A DNA stretch of 64,000 nucleotides from contig CM022673.1 of NCBI GenBank assembly GCA_012295275.1, forward strand, positions 4,836,001 through 4,900,000, written 5' to 3'. The notes beneath the pieces were generated by a model. The model was not told the DNA's origin, ran no database searches, and was given only the letters and a program-made list of their open reading frames with translations. Source of the stretch: Chrysomallon squamiferum. Lineage: Eukaryota; Animalia; Mollusca. Shown piece after piece: positions 49,342 through 63,350 of this stretch; positions within the stretch are counted from its first letter, which is position 1, and every line of letters starts with the position of its first letter. A program made the position numbers and the translations under genes.

Positions 49342-50221
49342 GTATATCTTTTCTTTTCTTTCTTCAGTATGATAGTAAAATCCTTTGTCCTTTTTCTGTT
49401 AGTAAAATGTACAGTACAGTTTACATAAAGTTCGGTTGTTTTTCTCTCTTTATTATTTCTTTTTTCCTATTCTTCCTTCTTTCTTTCTCTTCTTTTTGTT
49501 CTTTATCATTATCTTAAAAATTATTAGTGAAATGTATATGACTGTTTTACTGAAAGCTTTGTTTTTCTTTCTTACATTCCGTTATTTTCTTCTTTCTTTT
49601 TTCTTTCATCATCGTTATCTTAAAAACCTGTATGATTGTTCCATTAGTAAACTGTACATTATTGTTTACATAAAGATTGTGTCTCACAAGATTAGACAAG
49701 TCCAGTTGTTTTGTTAACACATGACCATACAGCTGGAAATAAGTGTGAATATTTGTATAGAGTGTATTAAATACCATTTCCCATTTTTCTTTTTCCATTG
49801 TTAGTTTTCCATAAGTAAATAATGTTGAAAAATAGATATAGCTAATGGAATATTCATATTATGATTATTTACAGTATATGTTTGAATAATGATAATAAAA
49901 ATAAAATGATTATGCTATTAAAGAAATAAAATTAAAATGCTATTAAAAAAATAAAATTAAAATGCTATTAAAGAAGTAAAAGACTGAATGAGGGAAAGAA
50001 AGAAATTAATTTAGACTAAACATTTCTGTGTTGTTGCTGTTATTAAATGGTTCAGTGATGCTACTGGTTAACTGAATGAATGTTTGAGAGAAAGAAAAAA
50101 GAAAGAAAATTGAGAAAGAAGATAAAAGTATATAGAAACTAGTAGTGAAATAGGGAAAGAGAAAGATTGGGAAAGAAAAATTAGAATTATTTTAGTGAAG
50201 AAAATAAGAGAGAGAGAAAAA

Positions 50222-50223
<2 letters not shown>

Positions 50224-50311
<88 letters not shown>
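50224..50311. repeat. (GA)n microsatellite
   Basis: Directly visible. Confidence 0.95.
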
Positions 50312-50314
<3 letters not shown>

Positions 50315-51089
50315 GCTAAAACAGTATATGATAATATTTATTTTTCTAATCTTAAGCTTTCAAAAAATCATTTTCCTCTTACTTTCCTTAACTGACTATG
50401 TAAAGAGACTTTCCAAACTGTGTACTAAATCACCCATTATAGGTAAATATGTATATATCCATTCTAAACATGTTTTCACTTGGTATTCTGAGTTAGGCAT
50501 AGTTCTATTAGCACTGCCAAGATCATAAATCAAACCATAGCAATGATATATTTAAGCCAGCATTCAAACACAATGACATGATCTGGGCAACTGAAATCAA
50601 ATACTTGTTTACCACTACCTTGATATATTTTATTAGCATTTGTTTGATCTTGCATTTTTCTTCTTTTATTTATTGTTCTATTCAGTTTTACTTATGAAGT
50701 TTTGTTTTCTTGACACCCTTATCTGTGGTTCTTAGAAGAAAGAATTTAAATCTGTTATCAGTCTTATGCTATATAATTGTTGCGTATTTTTGAATATCAA
50801 ATTTCATGTGTTCATTCTTTCTTAAAACTCTTTTCATTGTCATTTGAAGAGAATATTGAAAATGTGTTTACTGGGATATATAAATTTTGAAAAGCTGACA
50901 GTTCTTTTATCATGTGGATATAGGATTTAGTTTTTTCATGAATGAAGCCTTTTTATTTTTATTTTTTTTAATGACAGTTCATTGCATTTAATTACTTTCT
51001 ATTATTAGATATCAAATTTAATGTTTTTATGCAATTACAATACAGATAAGGAAAAACATGATGCTATCTTTTTAAGTGCTACCATTCTT

Positions 51090-51240
51090 GATTAGTAGAG
51101 AACTGTCTTTTAAAAATGCTTTCCCACAGTCCTGACATAAATCTATATAGTACAGTCTGTGTTGGAACAGAAAGTAGATAATTTGGCACAGAGACAAGGA
51201 TTGATTCAGCAACCTTTTGCACTTTGTCTGACTAACCATA
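51090..51240 (-). mobile_element. Degraded SINE copy of the same family
   Basis: Plus strand attagtag...tctttta...ctttcccacag...gttggaacagaaa...aggattgattc follows the reverse complement of the same core. Confidence 0.4.
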
Positions 51241-51590
51241 CTGTACAATACATTTCAATATCTTTATGATTTATCATGTTTGGAAAATTTGTTCTGGTAC
51301 AACTGACATATGACATCACCTACCACTCAAAACAGTTAAGTTTATAAATGTCATTACTTTGCATATAATGATTTTTTTTCTATGAAAGCTTCCAAAACAT
51401 AGTTAATTTCTTTAGTATGTCCTTGGTTCTGAAGACTGAAGTATTGTATTATTACAGAACAGTGTAAAGAATGTTTGATATTCATTTCAGAGAAATATGC
51501 TATCCTTATTATGTTCAAATTTTAAAAATATTAACAGCTATTATGACTGGATTTTTGTGGTTTATTTTTGTTCATATGTGTATGAATGAA

Positions 51591-51593
<3 letters not shown>

Positions 51594-51628
<35 letters not shown>
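51594..51628. repeat. (GT)n microsatellite
   Basis: Directly visible. Confidence 0.95.
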
Positions 51629-51629
<1 letters not shown>

Positions 51630-51784
51630 CTGTGCATGTGTGCATGTTTGTGTGTGGAGAGAGAATGAGAATGTGAATAAGTTTGAAGAAAAGAAAAGAT
51701 AATAATAAAGGTTAAAAAATTGTGTTTAAAAATATACAGTTAATTCATTATACTTTCTTCTTTTTTCTTTTCTTCTGTGTGTAG

Positions 51785-51904
51785 GCTATTGAGAAGCTGA
51801 GAGAAAATGTTGATGAAGAGAAGAGAAAACAGCTGGATACAGTCCTTGATCAGCTGCAGAAAATATATGCAGCCAAAATTGATCAGATTGAGAAAGAACA
51901 CAGG
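51785..51904 (+). CDS. AKAP9: AKAP9/PCNT-like exon 10 (AIEKLRENVDEEKRKQL...EKEHR)
   Basis: gtgtag| ... AGG|gtaatt; 120 nt, open. Confidence 0.88.
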
Positions 51905-52504
51905 GTAATTCATTTTTCTTGTAAACAAAATTGTCGTATTCTTTTTCTTGTCATACTTGACAGATATAGGATAACTTAATAAACATTGCAGCTAAACCAC
52001 AAATGCTGAGGAATGTTTTATAAAAAGATTAAATAATATTTTGAGTGAAATGACAGGCTAATAAAAACAATCATATTACTTTGATAATGTGTACTGGTTA
52101 AAATTTTATTGTTATTAAGAATAATTAGTTTCTTGTTGCAGAAATAATCTATTTATCTCTCTGTCTGTCTCTCTTTCTTTCTGTCTGTCTGTTTAGCTAT
52201 ATCTTTTTTTCTGCACTCAGTATTAACAAAGTTAAAAGTAAAGAAAAATGGCATGTAGTTTTCTATTTGGCTGTATTGATAAGGGCATATATAAGCTTGA
52301 AATAAAATACATCTCTTTATTATGTTTATTATTTGGTTCATTTAGAAGATTAATTTATTGATTGTATTTGACATCATGTAATAGGATGCAACAAGCTTGG
52401 ATTAATCAGTTGAATAAGTTTACATAACTTTGCCTCATTTCTTTGATTTAAAATTAAAAATTTCATTCACCATGCAGTTAATAATTCTTTTTTTCTTTTA
52501 TCAG

Positions 52505-52679
52505 GAGGACATCTACCTACAAGTGCAGGCAATGAGGTTGTCAGCGGAGCAGGTGTACAATGGCCAGTTGGAGTTGTTCAGGGCTGACGTTGAAGAGAAA
52601 CATGCTGCTGATGTTGACAGTCTGAAGAAACAACACAAAGAGGAGATCAACAGACTTAAAGAAGAGTTCTCAAAGAAAG
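52505..52679 (+). CDS. AKAP9: AKAP9/PCNT-like exon 11 (EDIYLQVQAMRLSAEQVYNGQLEL...)
   Basis: tatcag| ... G|gttaac; 175 nt, ends phase 1. Confidence 0.88.
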
Positions 52680-53539
52680 GTTAACTCACTTTTTGTTGTA
52701 AATGTTCTTTTCAAAGATTAATTGAAAAATTTCAGGAATTTACTAGCTTCATTCTGTGAAACTTTAAAAAGAAAGCTTGTTTGAGTACTTTTGTGGAAAT
52801 AATATACTTTTTCTCATTGTTTAAAATATTGGTGTTTTTGGGGGTGTTTATTTTTTTAATTTCTTGAACATTTTTTTATTTTGTTTTATTTATGTACTCT
52901 TCATTTTAAAAATTAAAATAAAAAAATTCCTGTGTTTAACACAGAATGAAATTTTTATTCTTCATTTTCTTTCTTATGATACTTTGTTTCACATCCTCTT
53001 TAAAGTTTAAATAAAATTATTTTCATTATTATTTTTTTCAAATGAAAATTGTAATTCCCTTTTTTCTTTTATTTTTTACATTTTTTTTTAATAACTGTTA
53101 AATATATTTAATTTTGATTCAGCCATTTCTAGAATAAAGTATGAAGTAAAAAAGTAAAAGTTGGATACATCAGAAAGGGAAAAAAAAAAAGAACATTGTT
53201 CCTGTAAATCAATACAATATCATTAAAATTACTACTGAGTATTCCCAGGTGCTAAAATTAGAGTTTCTATTCTTACAACAGGAGATAAAAAAAAAAAAAT
53301 TAAAATTTTGAATGAAGAATCAATAGCTGTACTTTATTACTTTTCTTTTTGAAGTTTGAGAGATCATTTTTTTAATATACACTTTAAAGAAAAGTTCTTT
53401 ATTAATTTATGTTATTGTTATTATTATTATTTTTATTTTTTTTATTTTATTTTATTTTATTTTTTTATTTCTCAGAATGCTGTTAATAATAATCTATCTC
53501 TGAGTTTTTATTTCTTAACATTTATGTTTTCTAAAATAG

Positions 53540-53610
53540 ATTCAAGTGCCTTGTTGGAGTCTGAGAAATTAGATACAAAATTATTTGAACAATATCAAGT
53601 GCTTATTGAG
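53540..53610 (+). CDS. AKAP9: AKAP9/PCNT-like exon 12 (SSALLESEKLDTKLFEQYQVLIE)
   Basis: aatag| ... GAG|gtttgt; 71 nt, phase 1 to 0. Confidence 0.8.
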
Positions 53611-53837
53611 GTTTGTTTTGTTTTGTTTTCTGATCAACAATAAAAAAATATTTTCAAATTTGTTCTCATTAGACTGATGTAAATGAAATGTTATTTTAAC
53701 TTTTTGTTTTCTTTGGACTTCAGTTTTATTAATAAATGTTGTGACACTTATTTTATTTATTTCTTGAACAAGTAATTTAGATACTGACTGAATACTTCAC
53801 TTACTTGTTTATTTAATTTTTCATATTTATTTTTCAG

Positions 53838-53904
53838 AGGATAAGTTCTGAGCTGGAAACAAAAGTTTTGAAGAATGAGGAGGGAGATAAAACAGAAATA
53901 AATG
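53838..53904 (+). CDS. AKAP9: AKAP9/PCNT-like exon 13 (RISSELETKVLKNEEGDKTEIN)
   Basis: ttttcag| ... G|gtattt; 67 nt, phase 0 to 1. Confidence 0.8.
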
Positions 53905-54490
53905 GTATTTTAAATGCTTTCATTTGTCTTAATTTTCTCTCTTATCTCATAGGATAATGATTGATTCCATTTTGTATCATTTTTATTCTATAATGCTAAA
54001 AAGTAATTGATTTCTTGACTATAAGAATGCTTTTAAGACAACTGAACATTTAATTTGTTAAAAAAAATAAGTTTTCACTATTATTTCTTATTTCAAGATT
54101 TATTATACAACTCCATTATTTGAAAGATGTGCAGATGCATGTATATTATTTGTTTTTGCTTTTCTGTGATAAATTATAATATAGCATACATTTTAAAATG
54201 AACCTACTCGCTCACAAATCTAATATTGTTTCATTAACTTTTTAAAGTAAAGCTTTAAAAGATAAAAACAAAAAGAAAAGGTGAATGGATTTTCCCAAGA
54301 ACTAAATAAATATGTGCTCTCATTGGGTTTTTTGACAGAAAAGTTTTCATGAAAGAAGTCAGAATTTTCTAAACAGCAACTTTAATCATCCTTAGGGAAA
54401 AAGCTGCTGAAAAAAATAAAAACATTTTAAAAAAAAGTATAAAAATAATTGTGGGAACAGTAAATTAAATTTGGATTTGTTTTTTTCTAG

Positions 54491-54670
54491 ATGTCTGTGC
54501 ATTGTTGGAGAGACAGAAAGAGGACATCTCACAGTTACATAGTCAGATTTTATCAGAACACTTGCAGCAGACACAGCTGGTGGAGCAGTTACAAACTGAG
54601 ATGGAGAGTCTGAAGAAGAAGTATGATGAGGAGGTGTCCATCTTCCAGACACAGATACAGCATTACATAG
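54491..54670 (+). CDS. AKAP9: AKAP9/PCNT-like exon 14
   Basis: ttctag| ... G|gtcagc; 180 nt; same frame as ORF 54502..54759. Confidence 0.87.
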
Positions 54671-55180
54671 GTCAGCAAATTCTTCCATTATCTTTTACCA
54701 AAATTACATGTTCCAAAGTTGTTATCCCTTTCAGCCCTAAGCTCCTGGTTCAGTCATGAATCTGTCCATAAGATCTCAAACAGACATCTGGTATAACATG
54801 TTATGAAGACAAGTCAAATCTGGCACAATGATATGCCTAAGATTACTGCTTTTGTACATCAGTAATGAAACTTGATTCCTATTCATGGTAAACTGATACA
54901 AACACATGTGACAAAATAACAACAAACCTGGTTTACATATTTTAGGGCTCAAAGTGTTTAGTTATCGACTGCTAAAAGTCTGATGGTTGTTTTTTTGATT
55001 ATTGGAAATTTACATTAAAAAACCCAAGATGTTGTTATTATTTTATGAGTTTAGAATTTTTTCACATCTTACAGTTTTTAGTGATGTTTTATTTCTGCTC
55101 AGACATTCATTACCTTCATTATGAATTTTTTTTTTACATATCCAACAACATTCTATAATTTTTATTTTTATTTTACGCAG

Positions 55181-56326
55181 ACCAAGAAAAGGAGAGAGAA
55201 AAACAACAGGAAAAACAACAAAAGGAATTAAATGAGCTTCGTACTTACTATGAGAAACATGTAGAGGAGATGGAAAAATCATTTGAACAGGAGATTTCCA
55301 CACTGCAAGCCAAGTATGAAGAACAAATGAACAAACTACAGATTCAAACCATGGAAAGTGGCGAGTCTAAAGATTCCAGTCAAAATTTAGATGAGTCAGA
55401 CTCTACTGAATATTCCAAAGTTCGTGAATATGTTCACAGGACTACCAATTTAACTGTGATATCAGACAGTGATGAATCCATATCAGAGACTCAAAAACAA
55501 CATAGCATTGAAGCTTTAGAAGCCAAAATTTCAGGGCTGGAAGATGTAATTCATGAACGTGAAAAGCAAATTGGTGATTTGGAAGTGTTGTTAGAGCAGG
55601 AGAGAGAGAGAACATCACAGCTGGTTGAAGAAACAAAATTACTGAAGGATCAGCTAAATGAATCACAGCAGTTGATAGACAGGTTGAAAAATGATCTTTC
55701 TTCCAAGGACCAGCTCATTGCTCAGTTACAAGATGAGAAAACTGATAGAGAAAAAGACTTACAAAAAATCTCTCAAGATCTGAGTGAATCTGTTGAGAGA
55801 GAAAAGGATTTACAGTCGCAGATTGAGGATATCAGACACTGTCACAAAGAGGCTCTTATTGACTTGCGGCAGGAGCTTGAACATGAAGCCAAAATGGAAA
55901 CTGAAACTATGCAATCGGAATTCAAAGTGCAGATGGAAATAGAGCTCAAGAGACAAGCGGCAGAATTAGCAAATGCTGTACCAAGCACAGAAACCGTCAC
56001 AAAACCAGAACTCCATGTTCTTGAAGGGGACACGACTCAAATTGTCCTGACTACAAGAAGTTTTGATTCCACAAGTGATGATGTAAATAATGAATCGACA
56101 CAAACCACTGGTGCTAATGTTTGTGAGGTGGGAGATTCTGTTGTGTCTGATAATGATCTCACTGAGTTGAAAAAGGATTACACTGAAAAAATTGAAAAAC
56201 TTACACAGGAATTGGAAGCTCTGACAGCAGAAAAAGATGAGATTTCCAAAAAACACCAAAGTGATATTGAAAATATTCAACTGAAATTAACACAAGCTCA
56301 AGAAAACTATAACAAACTGATGCAAG
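55181..56326 (+). CDS. AKAP9: AKAP9/PCNT-like exon 15
   Basis: acgcag| ... G|gtaaga; 1,146 nt; same frame as ORF 55270..56448; ELRTYYEKHVEEMEKSFEQEI block. Confidence 0.92.
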
Positions 56327-56559
56327 GTAAGAATGAATTTAAAAAAAAAAAAAAATTATGGTTAATTTTATATCATAATGTATATGTAATTACTTACTAC
56401 TTTCTGATTATGAAAATTAATTCATTTTATACCCAATCAGACTTTTAGTTTGTAAAATCCTATGACAGAAACACTAATGTTTAAATAGTGATAAATTTTG
56501 TTCACAACTGTGATCAGACAATTTACGTGCTTTAAGTACAGATGTAATTTTATTTACAG

Positions 56560-56681
56560 ACATAGAAAATGGAGAGTGTCATGAGGTGGAAGACATGATT
56601 AGAGATAAAATAGATGTGGAACTTGAACTTGCCAAAAATCTCATGCAGCAAGAGTTTGATGAAACACTGGAGGCAGAAAGG
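56560..56681 (+). CDS. AKAP9: AKAP9/PCNT-like exon 16
   Basis: ttacag| ... AGG|gtgaga; 122 nt, phase 1 to 0. Confidence 0.88.
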
Positions 56682-59084
56682 GTGAGATTAATTTCTTAAA
56701 TAATTTTTTGCAAATGGTGCCCATGAACATTTTTATCATTTTTTAAAACAGTGAAATAAATAAAAATCCAAAAGGAATCAAATGCAATCAAATCAAATAT
56801 TCGTATAGTGTTTTTGCTTTATTTTTTAAGAACTGCAGTAAATTGCTGAAAATTCTCTTTTTTCCTTTTCTTTATTTGGTATCATTTATTCCCCTCTTTT
56901 TTTTCTTTTCTTTTTCTTCACTTTTTTAAATCCCTAATACATATAAAAATAAAAAAATAAAAAAAAAGCGTTTTAACGTTAAAAAAACAAACAAAAAACC
57001 ATTAGAAATTGTCTGTGAAGGAACTGTATTTATTATATTAAACAGTTTAGGATTTTACTAAAAATATGAACTTGAATAAGTTAGTTTGTAACTGCATTTG
57101 CTGGTGAATTCTCCTAGAATCCTTTGAAGATTGTTTTATTTACTAATTTTTTTGATATTGTTCTCAAGAAAAAGATGTAAGCTTTTAATTTTAATTTTTT
57201 GTTGTTGTTGATGTTTTTTCCCCATTAAATGTTTCATTTTACTACCTTTGGTGATTTAAATGCTTCATAAAAACAAAACAAAGACCTTTTTTTTTTTAAA
57301 AGCTGTCCAAATCCAATTTTATTTTCATTATATGGGATATTTATATAACAGATGTCTCCTTTGATCATTATTTTCGCACTTCTTAGAGAGATCAGTCTAG
57401 AAGAATGTGTACAGACTGATGTGTGACTGTTGACAGTGTAAACATAACAGTGTTGTGAATATTTAACTAAGCCTAGTTTAATCTTTATGTTAAACTTACT
57501 TTTTATTATTCAAGTTGTCACATCCTTGTGTTTCAGTTTGAATTTCTTCCATTTCCCTGTCCTTGCATTTAAAATGATTTATTATTCAATAAAGAACATA
57601 AAATGGCTGTAGAAAAAAAGAAATGAACGACAATCCCCAAATCCTAGATTTATTTTGTTTATTTACGATTGTATAAATTCATATAAATTTGTATGTCATT
57701 CAGATTATGTTGATATGTTGATACCTTCTGGTATTTTAAATACATTTTATTTTTTAATAATAAACTTACAGACTGGAAAAAAAAATAATAACAACAACAA
57801 CAAAATAATAATAATATTAAGTTACTCTGTTAAACAACAACAACAACAACAACAAAAAGACAGTTTTGTTGATTTGAATTTGAAACAGCATTAAAATGTA
57901 TTTTACAATGTGAACTTGACCTTCACAGTTGTAAAGGGTAAACTGGCAAGCCATTAATGTTTACATCAAACAAACTGATAAATACACACAAGACTTAACA
58001 AGGTAATTGTAAATTGTCTAAGACATTTTTGAGACAGTCCCTTGTTCAAGGATTATCCATGTTTTATTTCTTTCATGCATGGGTTTATTTTATAAAAAAT
58101 TTTTTTTTATTTATTTATGATATTTTGTAAATTCATATTATCATGTTGACTTAGGAGTCCTGATTTGAAAATAATTTCCATTAACAGACAATTTTCGTTT
58201 TTTGTATTTATATATTTTTTATTTGATTGAAATGTCCTGAAAACTTGAAATTGCAAAAAAGATAATGCATGATTCATTTGAAGTGTTTTTTATTCCCACT
58301 TTTGAATAGATTAAAAAGAAAAGATAGATTTTATTGATCTTTTATTTCTAAATAAAATTTTAGTAATCTTTATACCTTTTATGTCTTTGATATATATGTT
58401 TATTTTTAATAGTGAAAAATTTCATTTAAATTTAAATTTTTTTTTTTTTTTTTTTTTTTTATTTATCAAATAAATTTATTATATACATAAAATTATTTTA
58501 AAATACAAGCATAATTTGTAATGACATTTAGAAATATTCTAATCGATTAATGCAGATAATATTTTTTTTAAAAAAAAAATGAATTTGTATAATATTTAAT
58601 TACTTCAAGAATTTTTGTTTTGAGGTCGGTGATTTTTATTGTTTTTTTTAAACATGATTTATTTAAAAAAAAATTATTTGAACAGTTTATTGATAAAGTT
58701 TTGTAGAAATATTTGGTAGAAAATATTTTTTAAATTTTTTTTTTAAAATTATTATTCATCAATATTCTAGCATAACTTAAAGCAAAAATATTTTGAAATA
58801 TAAATATAAAAATATAAAAATTAGAAGAAAAAAATAAATTTGTAACTAAAGTTTTTTGTAAGTAGTGTGTATGTGTGTGTATCAGTGTGTCATTGCTAAT
58901 AATTAATGTGATTATCAGCAGATTTCCTTCTTCATACTTCATTTTTTGTCATCCAGAAACCATTAAAGCTAAAATATGCATCAACTAATCTTTTACATAC
59001 ACCTTCCAAAGTTTGTCAGTTTTAGAGAAAAGACACTTGATGTAACAAAATATTTTAAACAACATTATTTATTTTTTGATTCAG

Positions 59085-59433
59085 AAACGCTTCATGGAAT
59101 GCCATCGCAAGATGATGGACGACTTCATGGAGGATCGTATGAAAGAAGCAGAAGAACTGAAGAAGAATCAGGACAGCAAAATAAAAGAACAACAAGATAC
59201 CATACTGGAGTATGAAGAAAAATTGAAACAGCTAGAAAATGTCCATAAAGAGGAAATAGAGAAACTGCAACAAGCCACACTGTTGGGAGAACAGCAGAGT
59301 GTGTGTGTACAGACAGATTACAGCAAGGACAATGATGATGATGATGATGTGGAAGAGAAAATACAACAGCTACAAGAACAGCATGAGAAAACTGTGAATG
59401 ATATGAAGAAAGAATTTGAGGAGAAATATCAAG
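59085..59433 (+). CDS. AKAP9: AKAP9/PCNT-like exon 17
   Basis: attcag| ... G|gtattg; 349 nt; within ORF 59076..59501. Confidence 0.9.
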
Positions 59434-59809
59434 GTATTGTCTTTGTTTATTTCAGATTCATTTACTTTGTTGATGGTTTTTTCTTTTTTTTTCATTTCTA
59501 AAAGTATGTGGAATAAAAGAAGAATTTCCAGTTAATTCAATAGTTAATGTTTGGGTTGTTTATTGTTATTATTATTATTAAAAAAAATGTATTTTTATGA
59601 AAATTGAAAACAAAAAATATACATCTTAATTTAACTTACTATTGAATCTAAAATAACTTATTTTCTTTTGTGAAATTACTGAATCATAATGCTATTTTCT
59701 CAAAATTAAAATTATGGGAAGACAAAACAGTACTGATAGTATGAAAATATACATATCTACATGGAATTATAAAACACATTTTAAAAATAATGTTAAATAT
59801 TAATTTCAG

Positions 59810-60002
59810 CTCTACAAAAAGCACAAGATGATGCCTTGGAAGCTGCAGCCATGGATACTGATAGAGTCAAGTCGGAACTGGAAGCAGCACACCAACAAGA
59901 GTTACATGACTTGGAGCAGCAGTTGCAGGAGAAGTACCACAATGAACTGAAAAATCTGGAACAACATCATCAGCAGGAAATAGAGGAGAGCAAACAACAT
60001 AC

Positions 60003-60003
<1 letters not shown>
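59810..60003 (+). CDS. AKAP9: AKAP9/PCNT-like exon 18
   Basis: tttcag| ... ACA|gtaaaa; 194 nt; weak donor followed by a poly(A) tract. Confidence 0.82.
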
Positions 60004-60040
<37 letters not shown>

Positions 60041-60661
60041 CCAATGGCAATGTAGAGGGTTATTTTATTTGGGTATTACAGATATGTTACCAGGATTCAG
60101 TATTAAGTAATTTTTACAAATTTCAACAGAAAACCCCAAAATAGAAAAACATTTGAAACATCATCAGACATAAACAGTTTATAATGGGATACTGATAGTT
60201 CTGAAATTGTTTATTCACTTTTTACATTATCTTTATTTATTTATTTATTTATTTTTTTTGTTATGATTATTATTTATTTTTTATGTGAAAGCTAGATCAA
60301 TATTTTGCTAAATCACATTAGGACATCCATGTACATTTGACGATGTTATTCTTACCAATTTTGAATAATTATATATTACAGTTACTCATAATAGCCAAAA
60401 ACATTTAAAAAATAAAAATAGTAAGAGTAATGTTAATATAATTTACAAAAAAAAAGATAAGACTTAATGCAGTTATATTTTTAGGATTAGTATAAGAACT
60501 GAATTATGTTCATAATAAAGCTTGTTACAGCACAAGCTGTAATTCAATCTTGCACTTCATGGGAAGCCATATGGGATTGTCTGCCTTTAGACCTGCCATG
60601 TCAATACTCGCTAATTAGGATTATTTTATTCAATTATTTTTTGTTTAAAATGTTTTAAGAG

Positions 60662-60664
<3 letters not shown>

Positions 60665-60736
<72 letters not shown>

Positions 60737-60753
60737 GAGAGAGAGAGAGAGAG

Positions 60754-60791
<38 letters not shown>

Positions 60792-60836
60792 TGAGTGAGT
60801 GAGTGAGTGAGTGAGTGAGTGAGTGAGTGAGTGTGT
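60665..60836. repeat. Compound (GA)n(GT)n(GAGT)n microsatellite
   Basis: Directly visible. Confidence 0.95.
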
Positions 60837-61059
60837 GATGCAGTGAATGCATGCATGAGAATATGTATGTTATTCAGAGTATAAATGAATAGATGAATAT
60901 GTATGTGGGTATAAATAAATTAGTATACAAGCATGTATATATAAATATAATTTGCAGTGTTTTTGTAGAAAAGTAATTTAAACTTAAATATTTGTTTAAA
61001 TTTCACTCTCACTGCATGTTTTTTATGATGTGTTGCACTGGCTAATCTGCATGTTACAG

Positions 61060-61152
61060 ATGGAGCTGTCACACACATCTACACAGTCTGAGCACATGGA
61101 GGAAATGAGGGAAGTGTCTGAAGTTGTACTTCCTGTTCATACCACATCACTG
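61060..61152 (+). CDS. AKAP9: AKAP9/PCNT-like exon 19 (MELSHTSTQSEHMEEMREVSEVVLPVHTTSL)
   Basis: ttacag| ... CTG|gtacat; 93 nt, phase 0/0, so it can be skipped in frame. Confidence 0.7.
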
Positions 61153-61845
61153 GTACATTCCTTTCTGTTTGCCTGTTTGTGTGTGTGTGTGTGTTTGTAT
61201 TTTTGAAAATGTACAAAAGCCTACTGATGCAGGTCAGATATTAGTATTATTATGCACCTTTTATTTTTGTGTGAGAAAAAAATTACATATGTGTGAGTGA
61301 GGTAGTGCCTGTGTTTGTGTATGAATATGTACGTAGGTGTGTGTGTTTGTGGATGTGGGTGTGACTGTGGTGTGGGTGTGTGCATATGTTTGTAATTTTG
61401 ATACCAGTGTGAGTTTCATGTGGATTTTTGGTTTTATGTGTTGAATCAGTTAACACACTTTATATTTTTTTTATTAATAGGCCATTGATTTTTTTATTTT
61501 TTTTTATTTTATCAATTTATTTATTTTTTGGTTAAAATGTTCGTTTTAGTTTTTTTTTTTAAACAGTAAGATTTTAAAATTAAAATTTTATAAAATTATA
61601 GACAAAAAAATAAATAAGTCAGTTTTTCCAAATTTTAAAAAATTAATATTTTGATTTATTGAATAATTTGCTGGTAAAGTTACAATTTTGGGAAACATTT
61701 CTAATTTTCTTTTATGGCTAAATTTTAGATGTAACCCCCCCAAAATTTTTTTATTATTTTAAATGTAATAAATTTAAATGTAATAAATTTAAGTTTGAAA
61801 ATGAAACTATTATGTTAAAACTGATTGTTATCTGTGAAATTATAG

Positions 61846-62079
61846 CTTCAGAAAGTAGAACTGAACTCGACACTGGACAGTGACATGTCCATTACTGAAG
61901 TTCCAACAGAGACAAAAAGAGATTACACTGGGAGTGACCTCGAAGAGGAAGATCACCCCACCCCATGCAGCTCCCCAGATGACTTGATGGTCACTAGATC
62001 ATTTGCTGATGTTGTCAGAGGAAGCCCTCCATCAGAATTTACAGAGGCATCCAATGAGAAGGATGAGAAAATAAGACAT
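61846..62079 (+). CDS. AKAP9: AKAP9/PCNT-like exon 20
   Basis: tatag| (an alternative in-frame cag| lies 6 nt downstream) ... CAT|gtaaaa; same frame as ORF 61885..62091. Confidence 0.82.
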
Positions 62080-62213
62080 GTAAAAATTTGAGAACATTTT
62101 AAAAGTTTATTCTGTAGTAATAAAGTAATTAGGACATAACAGATTTAGTTGACAGAAATATTTCCGATTTTATTTCATTTGTTTATGTTACGATTTTATT
62201 ATCATTACTATCA

Positions 62214-62254
<41 letters not shown>

Positions 62255-62534
62255 AATGTTATTGTATTGTTTTTTAAAATTCATTTCCTTATTTTATTTC
62301 ATTCAATGTAATGTAATTTAATTTAATTTAATTTATTTTCAGCCTGACCATAAGTCATTGTGATTTATAGTGTTATATGTGATTCCATTTGCCTTTTAAA
62401 CATAATGAATTTATTTTCAGTGTCAATTTTCTTTCATGACATTAATATTGTTTTTCATTTTATATTTTTGTATTTCATTATTATTATTTTATTTTTCTTC
62501 TTCTACTTTTTCATTTATTTTATTTTACATTCAG

Positions 62535-62686
62535 CTTGAGGCCATGGTAAAAGATCTCTCCGAAAGGCTTCAGCAGTATGACACTGAGGAAGAGGTTTTG
62601 ATTGGTCGACGTCAGCGAGAGTCTGCAGAAGACAGTAATTTAGTATCCATGCTCAAGTCAGATCTTGATAGAATTAGTGCTGAAAG
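62535..62686 (+). CDS. AKAP9: AKAP9/PCNT-like exon 21
   Basis: attcag| ... AG|gtttgt; 152 nt, ends phase 2. Confidence 0.88.
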
Positions 62687-63099
62687 GTTTGTGTTTGAAA
62701 ATAAATATATCTTGCCACATTTAACAACAAACATTAGGCTAAAAAAAAAGAAAAGATAATAATAAATTTTGGTATGACCAACAATTTTAAAATGTTTTAA
62801 TTGTGAAAACATGTAAATAAAGACCTTCTTAAAATAAAAACAATAAATGTATTTACTGTTTTTTACCAGCTGTAAGGATTTTATCCAAAAAATCTTTAAT
62901 TTTGAAATAGTTTAGTAAATATATCTTGTTTCTAGAAACAAAAAAGGAAAGAAACAAAATGTGTGGTATGTTTTGAATTTTCAGATAAAAGAGACAAACA
63001 AAAATGGTAATGTTAAAACTGAAATTATAAATCCAAAATTATAATTTACCAAATAAGAACTTGGCTGTAAAATCTCAATTGCTTTTATTACTTTTCTAG

Positions 63100-63350
63100 G
63101 AATGCTGTTCAGAAAGCTAATGACCATCTTCTTCAGACACTGTCAGATTCAGTTAAAACCTGTATGGCAGTGGAGGAAAGAATTAACCGAAATTTGAGCA
63201 AAATATTGAATCAGTCTGCCCCCCAGCAACAAGCAGAAGAAAGACCTAGAGCAGGAGGATGGAGGGCAAATTACGAGAGTGACCACGATTTAGCACAAGA
63301 CAGGCGACTTCTAGAGGTTGCTCGTAGATCATCATCACCAAATGAACACG
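63100..63350 (+). CDS. AKAP9: AKAP9/PCNT-like exon 22 (NAVQKANDHLLQTLSDSVKTCMAVEERINRNL...)
   Basis: ttctag| ... G|gtaacg; 251 nt; resembles AKAP9 ANNRLLKILLEVVKTTAAVEETI. Confidence 0.9.

Noticed and set aside
61298-61320. let-7-like TGAGGTAGT
   Set aside because: Only the first 9 nt match; it lies in GT-rich repeat with no precursor hairpin.
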